Shown: positions 38,018 to 47,192 of the stretch, one piece after another | Numbering within the stretch: position 1 is the stretch's first letter | How the letters are laid out: every line of letters starts with the position of its first letter | From: a bacterium | GTDB lineage: Bacteria; UBA8248 | Assembly: GCA_965219955.1 (NCBI GenBank) | Contig: OZ244799.1 | Location: 2,080,001 to 2,144,000 of the forward strand | Direction: 5' to 3' | Length of the DNA: 64,000 nt | Made by a program: the position numbers and the translations under genes | Notes under the pieces: generated by a model | What the model was told of the DNA's origin: nothing | Database searches by the model: none | Seen by the model: the letters and a program-made list of their open reading frames with translations, nothing else

Positions 38018-39061
38018 ATGAGGGACCCTCAAATGCTGAACGGCGACGTCTTCGTTTTCGACAACGTGGTGCACATGTACGACCTCTCGGACGAGAACCT
38101 CGCCCGCCCGGACAGCGGACTCGATCGCCTCTGGCACCTGCGTATCGGCAAGGGAAGACGCCCCGCGGGCCAGGAGGACGTCTACGCGGGCGGAGACGCA
38201 ATCGGCGGGTTCGCCAGGAAATGGACCTGCGATGAGCTCGGCAGGCTGGTCTTCGAGGATTCCGGGACCGACATGGCGATGGCGCAGGCGGTCGTGCTCT
38301 ACGACGTCTACAAGGAGGGCTTCTCCCCCGTTCAGGCGCAATACGAATTCGCATGCGCGAACCCCGAGCGCGTCTTGTTCTGCGGCGGGGTGGACCCCAA
38401 GTATCCGAGCGTCGAGGGCGCGCTCGAAGAACTCGAACGCCAGGTGACGGAGATGGGCGCGCGCTCGATGAAGTTCTACAACGCCCACATCGACGGGAAC
38501 TCCTGGCGGTGCGACGACCCCGAACTCGCCTATCCGATATACGAGAAAGGGCGCGAGCTGGGGCTCAACGTGTTCCAGTACCACAAGGGCTTTCCCATCA
38601 CCCGAGCGCGGCTGGAGGATTTGACGCCGCTCGACATCCAGCAGGCGGCCATGGATTTCCCCGACCTCACCTTCGCCATCCACCACCTGGCGCTCCCCTA
38701 CTTCGAGGAGTGCGTCTACATCGCGGCGCGTTTCGAGAACGTCGTGCTCGTCCTCTCGGGCACGATGCACCTGCCTCTCGTCGCGCCCTGGCAGTTCAAG
38801 GAATACATGGGCAGGCTGCTCCGGGACGTGGGCTCGGAGCGAATCCTCTGGGGTTCGGAAGCGCCCCTTCTGGGCAATCCCCAGCCCATGATCGAGTGGT
38901 TCTGGGAGATGGAGATCGACGAGGAACTCCAGGAGCGCTACGGCTATCCCCCCATCACGGAGCAGGACAAGCGCAACATCCTGGGCGAGAACCAGGCGAG
39001 GCTCTTCGGGATCGACATGGAGACGAAGAAAAAAGAACTCGGCAGGGCCGGGGGTTGTTGA
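38018..39061 (+). CDS. Amidohydrolase family 2 protein
   Basis: 'FDNVVHMY', 'HKG', 'HHL', 'ILWGSE', 'ILGENQARLFGID'. The stop codon lies inside the adjacent MITE terminus. Confidence 0.88.
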   Translation: MRDPQMLNGDVFVFDNVVHMYDLSDENLARPDSGLDRLWHLRIGKGRRPAGQEDVYAGGDAIGGFARKWTCDELGRLVFEDSGTDMAMAQAVVLYDVYKEGFSPVQAQYEFACANPERVLFCGGVDPKYPSVEGALEELERQVTEMGARSMKFYNAHIDGNSWRCDDPELAYPIYEKGRELGLNVFQYHKGFPITRARLEDLTPLDIQQAAMDFPDLTFAIHHLALPYFEECVYIAARFENVVLVLSGTMHLPLVAPWQFKEYMGRLLRDVGSERILWGSEAPLLGNPQPMIEWFWEMEIDEELQERYGYPPITEQDKRNILGENQARLFGIDMETKKKELGRAGGC

Positions 39062-39440
39062 AAAAGTCCTGCTTCGCTTGAGATTGACCTTCGCTTTTGT
39101 TCGTCATTCCGGCGAAAGCCGGAATCCATTTTCGCCTTTGTCTTTGGCTTTTCGCCCAGCCGTCCTCTCTCCCGACCGGGGAAGATATGAACGCCGCCAT
39201 ATATATCCGCCTCATCCGTTCCGGATTCGGGAGCGGCGTTCCCTTCCGCGAGTCGGAGTCAAATGCGAAAACGAAAATCAAAAAAATGGATTCCGGCTTT
39301 CGCCGGAATGACGGTGGTTTTCCCGCATCGAGGAGACTTTTCAACGACCCCGACAAGGGGGGTAGGGGGGGTTGCTTTTATGGGATTTCCCTTTCAAGGG
39401 GGTTGCCATCACCCTCTCAGGGAGTTTTTCAACAGGCCCC
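39051..39440. mobile_element. MITE/REP mosaic E
   Basis: Left terminus GGGGTTGTTGAAAAAG; right termini at about 39351 and 39439; GTCATTCCGGC cassette similar to mosaic B. Confidence 0.8.
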
Positions 39441-39584
39441 CAAAAGGCGGTCAGTCCAATCCTCCGGACCACCTCAGGGCGCCGTGTGCTCATCGCCGGA
39501 GGACGCCACATCGATACTGGCCAGGACCTGGCCGTTCTCGCCGTTGCCCGTTGCAAACCTTGCGCTCCAACCGAACCGGCGAGC

Positions 39585-39989
39585 TCAACCGCAATGGACC
39601 TGAACCACCCGCCCATCGGTGCCAACTTCGATGTTGAGCCGTTCAGTCCGGATATCCTTCGTAAGCGCGCGACGCATCCAAACCTGCCCGTCATCGCCGA
39701 CAACGACGTAAGTGATCCGGTTACCGACGATCCCGTATATCCGAAACGGCATCGGCACCACGCCGACCTTTTCGACAGGCTGCCCCATCATCGCCTTGAA
39801 CTCCGCCACTGCGCAAATGCGTCTTGTTGCAACCGCGGGCATGTCAGCCACAGATATCCCGTTCGTGCCGCTAGACGGGAAGGCGCTGCTCGTCGCTTCC
39901 GCCCAAGAGATCGAAATACACACGACCAAGGTCGCAAAACCGAGGACACATACGGCCAGGAGGAAAGTCCTTGAAAGAAGCTTCATCAT
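39585..39989 (-). CDS. Secreted peptidase inhibitor I78 (potato inhibitor I-like) family protein
   Basis: Signal peptide; C-terminal 'ALTKDIRTERLNIEVGTDGRVVQVHCG' resembles the I78 consensus T.D....RLN..vD..G.V....CG; N-terminal Cys partner present. Confidence 0.7.
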   Translation of the reverse strand: MMKLLSRTFLLAVCVLGFATLVVCISISWAEATSSAFPSSGTNGISVADMPAVATRRICAVAEFKAMMGQPVEKVGVVPMPFRIYGIVGNRITYVVVGDDGQVWMRRALTKDIRTERLNIEVGTDGRVVQVHCG

Positions 39990-40230
39990 GTTACCCCCTG
40001 TTTCAGAAATACAGCCTTGCCTGCCCCAAGGGCCACGGTGGACGACGGCCCTATGGCGACACGTCCGCTGAACCACCGACTCCTGCCTTCTTCAGTCTCA
40101 CCGAAAGCGTAGCGCAAGCGCCCCGGATGCACCACAGAGTCCATAATGGCGTACGTCAATGGGACAAACGAGTCTCCGGCATCCGGGGAACACGGCAGTA
40201 CTCCGAACAAGTAACGAGTAACCTCGATGC

Positions 40231-40392
40231 AACCTTGCCGCCAGGACCGACATCGCCAAAGTTGAGGCCGGCATGGAAGCCCTGCGACAGGAAACCAGAG
40301 CCGGTATCAAGGCGGTGTAGGCGGATATTCTGAAATGACTGTTCGGAGCGCTGATCACCCAAGGCGGCCTGATCGCAACCCTGGTCAAGCTG
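40231..40392 (+). pseudogene. DUF1640 (CCDC90-like coiled-coil plus TM) remnant
   Basis: Reads NLAARTDIAKVEAGMEALRQETRAGIKAV*ADILK*LFGALITQGGLIATLVKL, with stops at 40318 (TAG) and 40336 (TGA, at the conserved W). Confidence 0.7.
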
Positions 40393-40471
40393 CCGCAGCG
40401 CCGCCCGTGCCAACGTGCCGTACATGGTGCGGTTTCCCCGGTGATTTTAGCTGAACAATTCCTCCCTCATC

Positions 40472-40847
40472 AGGGCTGTTGAAAAAGCTGGCGTACGTTA
40501 TCTCTGGCGCTCTCTCCTTCAAAGAGAGTTTCAAATCACTCCCCCCTTGAGGGGGAGTCGAAGAGCTAAGGGCGTAAGCCCGCAAGCGATTCGGTGGGGG
40601 GTATAATTTGGAATGGCGATAAAACGAGATTCACCCCCCACCGATTCAGCCTTCGCACAAACCGCTCGGCTTCATCGACTCCCCCTCAAGGGGGGAGTGG
40701 TTCTTCCTCTCTGGTAGGTTGTGCCCGACCCTCAAGGGGGGAGCAATTTTTTCTCTCATCCATTGGCAATGCTGTTCAAGAGCGATGTAAGCAGCCCTGC
40801 CCGTAGGGAGTGAGTTCCGAGCGGTAATGGCCTTTTTCAACAGCCCC
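40472..40847. mobile_element. MITE/REP mosaic F
   Basis: AGGGCTGTTGAAAAAG...CTTTTTCAACAGCCCC; the internal CACTCCCCCCTTGAGGGGGAG cassette is the reverse complement of the one in mosaic A. Confidence 0.8.
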
Positions 40848-40977
40848 GAGCCGGGCGGCGCGGCGGTCGATTTCACGGGGTTTCGGATTGACCCTCATCG
40901 TTTTCTGAGCGAGGATGAGCCGGACGAAAAAACTATTTTCAGATGCCTCCGGGCGAACAGGAAATGGAGGATTTTCC

Positions 40978-42108
40978 ATGCAACCACCCTATGACGGTGA
41001 AAAACTCGACCGCCTCATGCAGGACGCAGGGGTCGATCTCGTTCTGGCGAATACGCGGGAGAACGTGCGTTATCTGTGCGGCGGCTACTACTTCCACTTT
41101 CACGAGAGGTTCACGGCCTTGGGGCGCGGCCAGTACATGGCGCTGGCGGGCATTCCTCGCGGCGACGCCGGAAAATCGTTCCTGATCGGCGGCGGCGGGG
41201 AGATCGGCCAGGCGCAGGACCAGAACCTCTGGGTTCCCGAACTCATCCCCTCGGGCAGATATCCGGCGGAAGCCGCGGCGAACGCCGCGAACGCCATCTC
41301 GGCGCGCGGGCTGGGGAGCGGAACCATCGCCGTTGAGGGCAACTTCCTGCCCGCCGTCGCCAAGGATACGCTCTTGAGCGAACTGCCGAACGCGACCTTC
41401 GTCGAAGCGCTGCCGATTCTGGAGGAGCTTCGCGCCATCAAGACGCCCGAGGAGATCGATATCTACCGGCGCATCTCCCAGGCGGACGCGGAAGCCATTC
41501 GCGACGCTTTCGAGACCGCCAAGCCCGGCGCCACCACGCGCGATGTCGCCCACGCCGTGGAGCGGGGCATGACGGACAGGGGCCTCCACTTCCTGTGGGT
41601 CTTCGCCGCGGCGGGGCCGGGCATGCTGCGCGCCCCATCCGGGAAGGTGTGGGAAAAGGGCGAGGTGCTGCATCTGGACGCGGGCGGCTCCCAGTCCGAC
41701 TACCTGACCGACATCTGCCGCATGGGCGTGCGCGGCGAGCCCACGCCGCTTGCGGACGAGCTCTACAAGGCCTGTCTCGGCACGCAGGATCACGTGCGCG
41801 CCGAGATTCGCGCAGGCGCGGTGTGCGGCGACATCTACGAGAAGGGCACGGCGTATCTCAAGAACACCGAGCACGGGGAATACGGCAACTTCATCATCCA
41901 CGGCATCGGCATGGTCTCGCACGAGCAGCCCTATTTCGGCCCCGGCGTCGAGAGAGCGCTCGAAGAGGGCATGGTGGTGTCGATTGAGACCGACATCCGC
42001 CACCCCGAGGTGGGCTACGTGAAGGTGGAAGACGCCGTGGCGGTGACGGCGGACGGCTACGAGCCTCTGGGCGACCTGGGGCGTGAGGACTGGGTGGTCG
42101 TCGACTGA
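40978..42108 (+). CDS. M24 family metallopeptidase (Xaa-Pro peptidase/creatinase-like), copy 1
   Basis: 'LRAIKTPEE'; metal ligands in 'LDAGG...TDICR', 'HGIGMVSHEQP', 'SIET' and 'KVEDAV'. Confidence 0.9.
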   Translation: MQPPYDGEKLDRLMQDAGVDLVLANTRENVRYLCGGYYFHFHERFTALGRGQYMALAGIPRGDAGKSFLIGGGGEIGQAQDQNLWVPELIPSGRYPAEAAANAANAISARGLGSGTIAVEGNFLPAVAKDTLLSELPNATFVEALPILEELRAIKTPEEIDIYRRISQADAEAIRDAFETAKPGATTRDVAHAVERGMTDRGLHFLWVFAAAGPGMLRAPSGKVWEKGEVLHLDAGGSQSDYLTDICRMGVRGEPTPLADELYKACLGTQDHVRAEIRAGAVCGDIYEKGTAYLKNTEHGEYGNFIIHGIGMVSHEQPYFGPGVERALEEGMVVSIETDIRHPEVGYVKVEDAVAVTADGYEPLGDLGREDWVVVD

Positions 42109-43244
42109 TGAAACCCACGTACGATGAGGAAAAACTCGCCCGCCTGATGGGAGAGGCGGGCGTCGACCTCATACTCGCGCACACGCCCCACAACATCCGC
42201 TACCTGACGGGCGGCTACTACTTCCATTTCCGCGAACGAGTACCGGCCATCGGGCCGAGCCAGTACCTCCCCTTCGTGGGGATTCCCCGCGATAACTCCG
42301 AAAAAGCCTTCCAGGTGGCCTGGCGCGTCGAGGCGTCGCCCCGAAACGAGGTGGACACCTGGATACCCGAGGTCATCTACACCAGGGCGCGGGGAACCGT
42401 AGGCGCCGCGGAAACGGCCGCCGAGGCGATCAGGAAACGCGGTCTCGCCGAGGGAACCATCGCCGTCGAACACGCCTTCATGCCGGTGGACGCGATGGAA
42501 GCGCTCCAAGGAGAACTCCATGGTGCTCGGTTCGTCGAGTCCCTCGGGGTTCTTGAGGAACTACGCGCCGTGAAGAGAGAGGATGAGCTTGCGATATTCC
42601 GGCGCGCCGCGAACGCGGATTCAGAAGCCATACAGGCGGGTTTTCAGGAGGGAGCGCGCGACGTAACGACCCGGCGGGTGGAGCAAAAAGTGGAGGAGGA
42701 AATGGTGCGGCGCGGCCTTCATTTCCACTACGCCTTCACGGCGGCGGGACCCGGCATGAGACGCGAGCCGTCCGATAAAATCTGGGAGAAAGGGGAAATC
42801 CTCCACATCGACGCGGGAGGCTCCGAGGCGGGCTACATGTCCGACATCTGCAGGATGGGGGTGCGGGGCGAACCCTCCGCTCTGGCCGAAGAGTTGCACA
42901 AGGCGTGCCTCCACGCGGTAGACGTTTGCCGAGGCGTCATCCGCGCCGGTGCGAGTTGCGCTTCGGTGCACGAGCGGGGACACCGGGCGTTCGCGGACAC
43001 CGGCTTCGCCGACATGGGGATTTTCGAGGTGCACGGCATCGGCATGGTGCAGCAGGAGTTGCCGCGCTTCGGCCCCGGGGTGGAGCGTAAGCTCGAGGCG
43101 GGCATGGTGGTATCCGTCGAATGCGACATCCGCCACGCGGAGGTCGGCCACGTGAAGATTGAAGACGCCGTCGCCGTCACCGAAGACGGCTGCGAGGGCC
43201 TGGGGGATCTGGGCAGGGATACCTGGGCCTGCATCGACTCATAA
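42108..43244 (+). CDS. M24 family metallopeptidase, copy 2
   Basis: Paralog of copy 1: 'IDAGG...SDICR', 'HGIGMVQQELP', 'SVEC', 'KIEDAV'. Confidence 0.9.
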   Translation: MKPTYDEEKLARLMGEAGVDLILAHTPHNIRYLTGGYYFHFRERVPAIGPSQYLPFVGIPRDNSEKAFQVAWRVEASPRNEVDTWIPEVIYTRARGTVGAAETAAEAIRKRGLAEGTIAVEHAFMPVDAMEALQGELHGARFVESLGVLEELRAVKREDELAIFRRAANADSEAIQAGFQEGARDVTTRRVEQKVEEEMVRRGLHFHYAFTAAGPGMRREPSDKIWEKGEILHIDAGGSEAGYMSDICRMGVRGEPSALAEELHKACLHAVDVCRGVIRAGASCASVHERGHRAFADTGFADMGIFEVHGIGMVQQELPRFGPGVERKLEAGMVVSVECDIRHAEVGHVKIEDAVAVTEDGCEGLGDLGRDTWACIDS

Positions 43245-43277
43245 GAATGGATTCATAACAGCGGAGGAGATTTTTTC

Positions 43278-43862
43278 ATGCCGAGACCATCGGGGGGCTT
43301 CACGCGGCTTCAACACGCCGCCGTCAAGGTGCACGACATCGAGGCGGCGAAGGATTTTTACGTGAACACGCTGGGCTTCACCATTTCCGAGATATTCGAG
43401 CCGGGCACGGTGGGCGATTTCCCCTTCGGGCTTTGCTTCATGCGGTGCACGGAGCTTCACCACGACATGAACCTCATCTTCTGGCCCGAGGGCGAAGGCC
43501 CCGCCCCGCCCGAGGAGCGCTCCTTCTTCTCCTTGCAGACGGGCCTGCACCACATCGCGTTCGAGGTGGAAGACCGCACGCAACTCGCGGAATGGGCGTC
43601 TTATCTGGAAGAGAAAGACATCGAAATTTTCTGGGGGCCCTCCATCCACAGCCCCACGCACCCCGAAGGGGACGGCTTCTGGGGCGAGAACCACGCGCTC
43701 TATATCGCGGACCCGTCGGGCAACTGCATCGAGATATTTTGCGACATGGCTGTGATGGACCCCTACACGAACCGGGTGAACGAGGACTGGTTCCGGGACC
43801 GCCTCTCCCGGGACGGCCACCCGCGCGACGCGGCGGCGCCGCCGGAAGCCTGGAAGGCGTGA
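43278..43862 (+). CDS. VOC/glyoxalase family protein (extradiol dioxygenase-like)
   Basis: 'LQHAAVKV.D.....DFY...LG', 'HHD', 'LHHIAFEV', 'YIADPSGNCIEI'. Confidence 0.88.
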   Translation: MPRPSGGFTRLQHAAVKVHDIEAAKDFYVNTLGFTISEIFEPGTVGDFPFGLCFMRCTELHHDMNLIFWPEGEGPAPPEERSFFSLQTGLHHIAFEVEDRTQLAEWASYLEEKDIEIFWGPSIHSPTHPEGDGFWGENHALYIADPSGNCIEIFCDMAVMDPYTNRVNEDWFRDRLSRDGHPRDAAAPPEAWKA

Positions 43863-43978
43863 GCAGCCGCCGAAGGTCAAACGCGACCGGGAAAGGAGCG
43901 TTCGTATCGAAGGGCGCTCATGGGTACGCGAACCGTCCCTGCGAACTCATTCTTCCATTCGTCAAGGGACGCATATAT

Positions 43979-44324
43979 CGGGTTGTTGAAAAAGCCCCCT
44001 GACAAGAGGGGTCGTGGGGTTCTGACGAGGGGGCGGCAATATCTCCTCCTCACCCTGAGTAGCGGCGAAGCCGCGTATCGAAGGGCAAACGCGATTGATG
44101 AATGAGCGTTTGCTCTCGCCACGGCGTGAGTTCCTCGCCCCTCGATACAAACGCTCCTTTCTCAGTCGCGTTTTACCTTCGGAGCCTACTCGGGATGAGG
44201 TATTTTGGCGTCCCTCGCCCTTCCCCGGCTCGAACCAAACCGCATACCCCCCGACGAAGGGATGCCCCCCCGACAAGGGGGGTTGGGGGTTCCCACCCCG
44301 ACGAGGGGACTTTCCAACAAGCCC
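43979..44324. mobile_element. MITE/REP mosaic G
   Basis: GGGTTGTTGAAAAAG...CTTTCCAACAAGCCC; CCTCACCCTGAGTAGCGGCGAAGCCGCGTATCGAAGGG cassette. Confidence 0.75.
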
Positions 44325-44350
44325 TTATCGGTTGCGCCTGACCCGGCAAT

Positions 44351-44582
44351 TGCCCGCATTTGCCGTCATGGGACTCGTGGAGAACTCATGTAGAATGGCC
44401 AAGCGGCCAGGCGCGTTCGCCGAATCCGAATTTCCATAAAATTCGATAAAATTGGATAAATTCACGATGTTTTTCGATAAATAAACGGTAAATTGTTTTA
44501 TCGGGAAATGGCGCAGCCGGGTCGCGGCGCACGGGAATACTGCCACGGTCCGCGAGCGGTTCGATGACGGCAAATGCGGGCA
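44351..44582. repeat. 232-bp segment bounded by a perfect 19-bp inverted repeat, containing AT-rich GATAAA repeats
   Basis: TGCCCGCATTTGCCGTCAT (44351-44369) and ATGACGGCAAATGCGGGCA (44564-44582); degenerate third copy at about 44642. Confidence 0.75.
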
Positions 44583-44786
44583 GATGCGCGCGCGAAAACC
44601 GGTCCTGACGGCCGGATTCCGCCGCGACCCGCGCTGCGCTCGATGACGGCGAATGCGCGGACCAGCGGAGATGAAATTCCCTCGGGCGCGCTTTGCATGG
44701 ACGCGAGGGCCTGATGGAACGAGGGTTTTCCCGGGAGGATCGGATATCGCGCGTTGCTTTAATAACAGGGTATAAGTAATTGATAT

Positions 44787-45683
44787 TTAATTCATTTTTC
44801 TCACGCGAGGCGCATTGATGGAGCTCAGCAGGGCGTGCACCGCGGCGTTAAGCGGCGTGGGGATTCCGCGCCTGCCGCCGATGCGAACGACCGCCCCCGT
44901 CATGACGTCCGCCTCGATGGGGCGTCCGGCGCGCCTGTCGACGAGCATGGAAGTCGTTGCCTCGGGGTCGGCATCCCGCAAGCGCTCGATGGTGCGCTCG
45001 GCGACGTCATCCGCCAATTCCGCGCCCTCCGCTCTCCCCACGGCGGCGCATTCGCGCACGAGCCCGCGGCAGAGTTCGGCGACGTCGGGCTCGTGCAGCA
45101 CCCCCCTGCCCTTGTCGGTCAGCGCGGTGGCGGGGCCCGCGCCGATGTTGTTGCACAACTTCGCCCAAGAGGCTGTTTTGAAATCGGTTGTCGGCTTCAC
45201 CGGAACATCCGTGCCCTCATAAAGGGACGCAAGGAACCGCGCACCCCGGCCTTCTTCGGGCACGAGCTGGGCGCCCCCCTGCTGCGCCACGTGACCGGGA
45301 GCCAGCCTGTCCGCCGGACAATTCACCACGACGGGAACGACCTCCGCCCCCCGGGCGTACGGCTCCACCCGCTCCCTGTGCTCCACGCCGTTCTGCAACA
45401 CGGCGACGATGGTATCCTCACCAACGAGAGCCTCCAGCCAAGATGCGACATCGGGCACCTGATGCCCCTTCACCGCCAGGAGAACGCAGTCCACGGGCCC
45501 TGCCTCGGAGGGGGAGGCGGCGCACTTCACCGGTGATTCGATGACGGCGTCGGGCGTTTCCACCACGAGTCTGTCGATGGGCTTTCGCACGCACAGCGTC
45601 ACGTCGTGCCTGCCCGATCGGCATAACCGCACCCCGAACACGCCCCCGATGGCGCCAGCCCCCAACACAGCTACATTGCTCAT
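44787..45683 (-). CDS. panE: 2-dehydropantoate 2-reductase (ketopantoate reductase family)
   Basis: 'VAVLGAGAIG', 'LAVK', 'LQNGVEH', 'WAKLCNN', 'SMLVD...GRPIE'. Confidence 0.88.
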   Translation of the reverse strand: MSNVAVLGAGAIGGVFGVRLCRSGRHDVTLCVRKPIDRLVVETPDAVIESPVKCAASPSEAGPVDCVLLAVKGHQVPDVASWLEALVGEDTIVAVLQNGVEHRERVEPYARGAEVVPVVVNCPADRLAPGHVAQQGGAQLVPEEGRGARFLASLYEGTDVPVKPTTDFKTASWAKLCNNIGAGPATALTDKGRGVLHEPDVAELCRGLVRECAAVGRAEGAELADDVAERTIERLRDADPEATTSMLVDRRAGRPIEADVMTGAVVRIGGRRGIPTPLNAAVHALLSSINAPRVRKMN

Positions 45684-45702
45684 CAACCACGCTCCCGGAA
45701 AT

Positions 45703-46644
45703 TCATGCCGGAATCCGGCGGCCCCTCCATGACGCCACGGATTCCAGGACGCAAACGACACCGGCCAGAGAATCCCAGCCCGAGCTATGTCCTATCTTGT
45801 CCAACTCACGCAAAGCGGAACGCAAGCGCGCCTCATCCGCTATCCCCAGCGCCGAAATCGTCTCATGCAGGGCTTCAGTTCCCTGGCCTCCGGCCGCGCA
45901 CTCCATATGCGCGCGACTGATTTTATTCGTCCGCTCTTCAGCCCGTTTCAAGACATCACCGGACACTTTTTCCAAAATGCCCATAAAACCCTGCGCGCGC
46001 AACGCTATCATCACACCGCACCAAAAATCATCTCCCGACGGCGTGAGCCCCGGGCCGAGGCCAACGAGCCTGCGGGCAATGGCAGGAAATTCGAGGTTTT
46101 CCCCTTGATCCAGAGAGTGCGACAACCAAAGCCGGAAGTCCGAGATTCCCTTCCAGGAGACTGTTTGAAACGCGTCCTCATTCGAGATTTCCTCGCCGCC
46201 CACAACCTGCGCGATGAGCGGGGCCAGACCCTCCCGGGGCCCCGTTTCGGCTATCCACTGAACGAGAACCGGGAGATTTTCCAGAAAAAACTCCAAATCC
46301 CAGCCGTCAGGCAGCGGCTCCGGTTCCCACGCCACCGGGCGGGATATATCGATTTTCATCCGGGGGCCAAGTTGCATCCAGCCATCCCGGATTTTGGCGG
46401 GGCTTCCCGGTTCTACGATTTGCGTGAAATCCACGTCGTCCGAGAATTCACAAAGCGCATTCAAGGGTCCCGGCCCGATACCCTTATCGCCTATGCACGC
46501 GACCCGCCCGAATGTATTTTCCACATACAAACTTCTACGAAACACACCGATGATTGTCGCCTCACCCGGTGAGGTGAAGAATTTTTTAGCGAACGCGCCT
46601 GCAAGAACCACTCGGAGTGTATTTGGCATAAAAAAGACCTGCAT
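45703..46644 (-). CDS. DUF2877 family protein (AllH/YlbF-like)
   Basis: 'LVGLGPGLTPSGDDF' and 'IGHSSGWDSLAG'. Confidence 0.8.
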   Translation of the reverse strand: MQVFFMPNTLRVVLAGAFAKKFFTSPGEATIIGVFRRSLYVENTFGRVACIGDKGIGPGPLNALCEFSDDVDFTQIVEPGSPAKIRDGWMQLGPRMKIDISRPVAWEPEPLPDGWDLEFFLENLPVLVQWIAETGPREGLAPLIAQVVGGEEISNEDAFQTVSWKGISDFRLWLSHSLDQGENLEFPAIARRLVGLGPGLTPSGDDFWCGVMIALRAQGFMGILEKVSGDVLKRAEERTNKISRAHMECAAGGQGTEALHETISALGIADEARLRSALRELDKIGHSSGWDSLAGVVCVLESVASWRGRRIPA

Positions 46645-46723
46645 TATGAAGCGATTGTTTCAGCCTGGAAAGAAAATCCCCCCACCCACACAAGGGTGAG
46701 GGGTTTGTTCGCATATGCAATTT

Positions 46724-47065
46724 TCATCCACACCCAGGACCCCTGGTCTCACTCGCCGCAACCCCGGATGGCACAAGCGTACCTGCAAAGTTCGGGTCCG
46801 CCTGTTGTTTTTCAACCAGTTCGCCTAATTGCGACAGCAGCATCTCGCGTTTCATCAATCCCAAACGGTATATGCCCATCGGATTTATAAGCTTCATATA
46901 GTAATGGTTTCCAGCGTCATATTCCGTAGAGCACGCAGAAGGTTTTTGGGCGATGGAAAGAGGCCCCCCAAATACATCTGCAAATCGGGACAGGATTTCC
47001 TCATGATGTAAATCCGCCGGTATTTCGGGAAATCTGACCAAGAGTTCCTGGATAGTCATCGTCAC
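46724..47065 (-). CDS. Hypothetical protein (113 aa)
   Basis: AAAGGAG RBS; globular-looking sequence; no family recognised. Confidence 0.65.
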   Translation of the reverse strand: MTMTIQELLVRFPEIPADLHHEEILSRFADVFGGPLSIAQKPSACSTEYDAGNHYYMKLINPMGIYRLGLMKREMLLSQLGELVEKQQADPNFAGTLVPSGVAASETRGPGCG

Positions 47066-47192
47066 AACTCCTTTATCAGTTGATCATTCAAACGCAACAA
47101 CCCACTCATTTTAGCAGATATCGAACAGCCCGGCTCCCTGCATTCTGATGCTGCGACACTAAAACGAGCAAATCTCAAGAACAGCACAAGGA

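Noticed and set aside
40336-40338. TGA in the DUF1640-like frame as Sec or Trp recoding
   Set aside because: The same frame also has a TAG and lacks a 5' end, and TGA is a normal stop elsewhere, so simple pseudogenisation explains it.
46724-46726. C-terminal GCG-TGA as a selenocysteine tail
   Set aside because: No convincing SECIS-like hairpin follows, and the read-through peptide is not protein-like.
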